From Rhodosorus marinus CCMP1338 (lineage: Eukaryota > Plantae > Rhodophyta), in the NCBI GenBank assembly GCA_029953675.1, contig JAMWBK010000001.1, positions 3,410,001-3,474,000 on the forward strand: a stretch of 64,000 nucleotides of DNA, in the 5' to 3' direction. This document shows positions 60,270 through 64,000 of this stretch, in pieces. A program made the translations under genes and the position numbers. The notes under the pieces were generated by a model. The model was not told the DNA's origin. It did no database searches and saw nothing but the letters and a program-made list of their open reading frames with translations. The first letter of the stretch is position 1; every line of letters begins with the position of its first letter.

Positions 60270-63200
60270 GGATCAGTCGTGAAACGTTTGGTGGACATAT
60301 CCCAACGTATTAAACCTCAAGTCCTTCGACCAGGTCCAATAGCTCGCGGTGCTGTGTGGCGGGAAAGCCTTGTCAACTTTTGCTGTCCGGATAGAGCCTC
60401 AAACGAGTCCCTCCACTTCAGCACAAAGAAAACAAGTGCGATTGCTCCCAGACCTCCCCGCTCATGGCGGACAGGTGTGTTCAGTCCAATGGAGAGGAGG
60501 TGCTGCGGACTGCCGAGACACGGAAGGTATCCCCATCGGCTACCATCAAGAGACCACTCGAAGGCCGATACCACTCAGTAGGCGGTCGGTTGAACCAATC
60601 GGCTACGGAACAGAGACTGCCGGTCACACTCACATCACCAGGGCGCAAAACATCCCGCCCGTGGGAGCGCTGATGGAAATGCACTTGTATTGAACCGGTT
60701 GGGTAGTGGCCGATTGAAGCACGTAGTCGTGCTCGTGATTGCGCCAATGCCATTGTCTTGTCTTTACTTTTAGGGAGTCAGCATTCCCGATTGTCTTGTC
60801 CTGACGCCACTCACTAGTCGGTCGGTTGAGAACCGAGCCTGCGCTCACATACAAGATATTCCAATAGAGAAGGTTGCACGCACATGAAGTAGATATACAC
60901 TCTCATCTAGCTTGATCACACAGGACGATTGGAACCTTGTCAAGCAGGCTAACGGGATCTGGTCCAAAAGGACACTAGGGCTTTCGAATATCAGCAGCTC
61001 CGGGGATGCACATAGCTAAGAGGACAAGCGTGTGCCTCTAACAAAGCAAAACAGCACACAGCCAACCAAATGAGATTCAACGACCTCGGGCAAAAGAGGG
61101 ACGTGGATGGGAAGGGAAACGAATTCTCTCCACAAGGCTAAGTAGCGCGGAGAGGCCAAATGTAATTCGTCTATCTAACCTCGGGGAAGAGTGCGAGTGC
61201 CCGGCAATGATCCTCCACATGCACCCCCCTGCGGACAGAAAAGTTTATCATCCCAGAATGTTTATTTTTCAGACCTTTACTCCTCCAGCGTCGTGAGAAT
61301 CAGAAACTGGCGGGCTCACCGCCTCTTTTTGAGTTCCAAGGACTATATAATTCTCTCTGTCAGCGCGGAGGACGTGAGTAAAGCGCCCAAACTCGGAAGG
61401 CTTACTTCCAGACAACCTGTAGTTAATTTTACAGAATTCTATAAAAGAGACGACCTTCCCATGTATTGCAAAGATTTGCCCTTCTCGTCTTGCAAACCGT
61501 TATAACCAAAATAAATACAATGTATGTCTCCGAGCAATCCCTTGATCCGGTCTTGGCAAGTAAATATTAAACAAATTATGATGATCTCTTATCTCCATTT
61601 GTCCCCTGAAATTTAGCTCAAGAGAGAGAATGCACAAGAAGAAGTCTTCCACACCCCCACCCCCCTTCGTATTTGCCTTACAAACTAAAGCATTTAAGTA
61701 GGAGTTACTGTACTTTCAATAGATAGATCTCAAGTAAACGTCATACACCACACCCCTGTAGAGAATCCCTTTGTTTTAGAGAAATTGAGTAAACACGTTT
61801 TTATCAATTTTCGAGCCTTGCCTCAATCCCGCCAGACAATAAAACTTGGCTTGAAGTTTTATTGTCTTGCGGGCATCATTGTGGATATCAACTTGAGGGC
61901 CAAAAAGAGAAGAGAATCCGCCCCCTACAAAGCGCATGGACATGTGACTCAAAGTGGAAAAAATAGGATCTCGCACTCATAGGGTCGCCTCGGTCAGCAA
62001 GGCTAATTATATTCTCCCGAACACCCCCCCCTTTCCCTTTCCATTTTCCCCTGGAATGTGCATCATCATGAATTGTCACCCGTTCTTCCTTAGGAAGCGG
62101 GGTTCTGTCAGTCAAAATTTTGACATCGTTGATCCCTTTGCAACAATCTACGTCAAAATCATTCTTATTTTTGGTGAAAATAATAACACCCATTTTGTCA
62201 AAGATTGCGAGATATGTACCCCCTCTCTGATAATCTACTCGATAGTTCCTTCTTAAGTTTTTGCTAATTAAGTAGGGCTTTGGTTCCGAGCTGTATTTCC
62301 GGAAGCTGTATTCTGGATAAGGCGTACTCTCTATTTTCCAAAAAACTTGAGCACCAAAACAAAGGAAAACTTGTGGTTGGCTCAATGTTGGCCTAGGAAA
62401 GTAGAGGGAAGGGGGGGGGAAGCTCCGCTTTCATTTAGCTTTCACTTAAAAATAGTGGAAACGGAACAACCAATGATATCTTCACAAAACAAAGGGGGGG
62501 TTGGGTTGGACCCAATAGACCATTTTATCATTCATTTTGTAAGGAACGTCGAATTTTTCAAGAAAAATGTATGCATGATTCTGCCTAATTACTGAAAAAT
62601 GAAAAACCAACCGTGGGAAAAAGCTTACGGGTTGGGAAGCAGGAAAATAATCCCTCCCCCCCCTCCCTCCAACCCCATTCAAGGAGGGGGAGGGGGTGGA
62701 AGACTACCTCTTCACCTCAATTCCTTTCTTTTTGGCAATAAAAAAACACCTTATCGTCAATAAAATAAAACATAGTCGTAATTACTTCTACTTTTCAAGC
62801 ATGGGCAAACCCCGACTGAGTCAAGGGGTGGCGGGGTTCAATTTACCTAAGGGGTCGGACGTGTTCGACAAAAAAAAAATCTATTTTCCCTTGAACAGAA
62901 GATGAAAGTGTAAAAAAGATCGGATGCATTTACAAACAGCGAAAGGGGTGGGGTGTGTGTGTGTGTTTGGGGGGGAGCGGGGCTGCGGGGTTGGGAAGAG
63001 ACGGAGAGACTGGTGTCCTTTTTTTTCTTTTTTTTGCGGGGAGGAAGGGGGTGGGATAAACCTTTTTTTAGGCAATGTTTTTTGTGTTGTTTTTTGGAAT
63101 TTTTACAGCGGGCAAGGTTTTCAGGTCCAATGTTCCTTCTAGTTTTGTTTGTTTGTTTTTTTCTCGCTTGGGGTGGGAAGTTCAACCATTTGTCAGGTCG

Positions 63201-63533
63201 GTGTGCCCCTCTCTTTCCTCGGAGGGTTTTTTTGTTTGGACATGTGTCCTTTGAAAATAGTAAGAGTTTTGATGGTTTTGAGAGGGAAGGTGTTTGAAGG
63301 GTTAAAACTAGTTTTGGAAAACTAGTTTTTTTGGTGCGTGAGGGTGAAGTGGATGTAGGTGGTTTGTGGTGGTGGGGGGGTTGAGATGTTCGGGGGATGT
63401 ACTGGCAGAGGATGGGATGTAGAGGGAGCTTGTGTGTGTGGGAGGGAGGGAGGGAGGTCTGCGAAGGTATGTATGGAGTTGAGAGGTGGGAGATGGATCA
63501 GGTGGGACGCGGGGGGGTCTGTTTGAGGACCTA

Positions 63534-64000
63534 ATGGGTGGACTGGAGGGTGGAGCAGCAGCTTCAAGTGGGCCTCGGGAGAAGATGGAGAGTTTAGAGA
63601 CCTTTTTGGTGGCGGAGTCGCTGGATTGGCGGCCTCAAGTTAACTCGAAGGTGGCTCTGGTGAATTCTGAGAGTTTTCTGATGAGCTGGTTTGCTAACCG
63701 TATGGGATCGTCAAAGTCCAGTGTAGAGTTGGAGAGGGGACTTCACGTGTGTGCAGTGGTGGCCGGTACAAATAAGGATTTTGGGAGGGTTTTTGTTGAT
63801 GTTGTAACTGTTCCAAAGACTGTAGAGCTTGTGCACAAGCACAAGAATGATGGCGCTATTCAGAAGAAGCTCATGTTTTTAATTTCCTTGTTGGCTTCGG
63901 ATGAGACGCTTCGGGAGAAACTCTGCGAGGGCGGTATGGGGGAGGCAGTGCTGGCTGTGATGAACAGGCACTTCACCTCAAACGTCACCGTGTTGGAGAG
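63534..64000 (+). CDS. Armadillo-repeat-like helical protein, 5' part (runs off the window end; an upstream exon is possible)
   Basis: Open frame of more than 155 codons to the window end that is absent from the ORF track: MESLETFLVAESLDW...VELVHKHKNDGAIQKKLMFLISLLASDETLREKLCEGGMGEAVLAVMNRH, an ARM-like 'L..GG...vl..M..h' pattern. Confidence 0.65.
   Translation, partial: MGGLEGGAAASSGPREKMESLETFLVAESLDWRPQVNSKVALVNSESFLMSWFANRMGSSKSSVELERGLHVCAVVAGTNKDFGRVFVDVVTVPKTVELVHKHKNDGAIQKKLMFLISLLASDETLREKLCEGGMGEAVLAVMNRHFTSNVTVLE

Overview
Eukaryotic nuclear DNA with spliceosomal GT-AG introns, mostly 50-200 nt. It is most likely from a unicellular red-alga-type archaeplastid; this is an inference from an 'MAAFV...' plastid transit peptide and the gene content. 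About 15 recognisable protein genes are supported: a CTDSPL2-type CTD phosphatase, an intronless bacterial-type FGGY sugar kinase, a TBC1D7-like protein apparently spliced to two peptidoglycan-binding domains, a cyanobacterial-type GT11-like glycosyltransferase, a plastid-targeted tandem NTF2-like protein, a class I/II aminotransferase, XRCC4, two PRA1 proteins, pterin carbinolamine dehydratase, a C1orf74-like protein, a cyclin, cytosolic leucyl-tRNA synthetase, a PH-CRIB PAK kinase and a truncated ARM-like gene. Gene-poor stretches between them contain degenerate tandem arrays, palindromes and dispersed repeats. Two observations stand out. (1) A 558-aa TBC1D7 + 2x peptidoglycan-binding-domain fusion. 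(2) Recurrent AT-rich islands where + strand composition flips from C/A-rich (left) to G/T-rich (right) regardless of gene orientation, including inside two unusually long introns where synonymous codon usage flips within one gene. No rRNA, tRNA or CRISPR array could be supported. All family assignments are by eye, without database searches.
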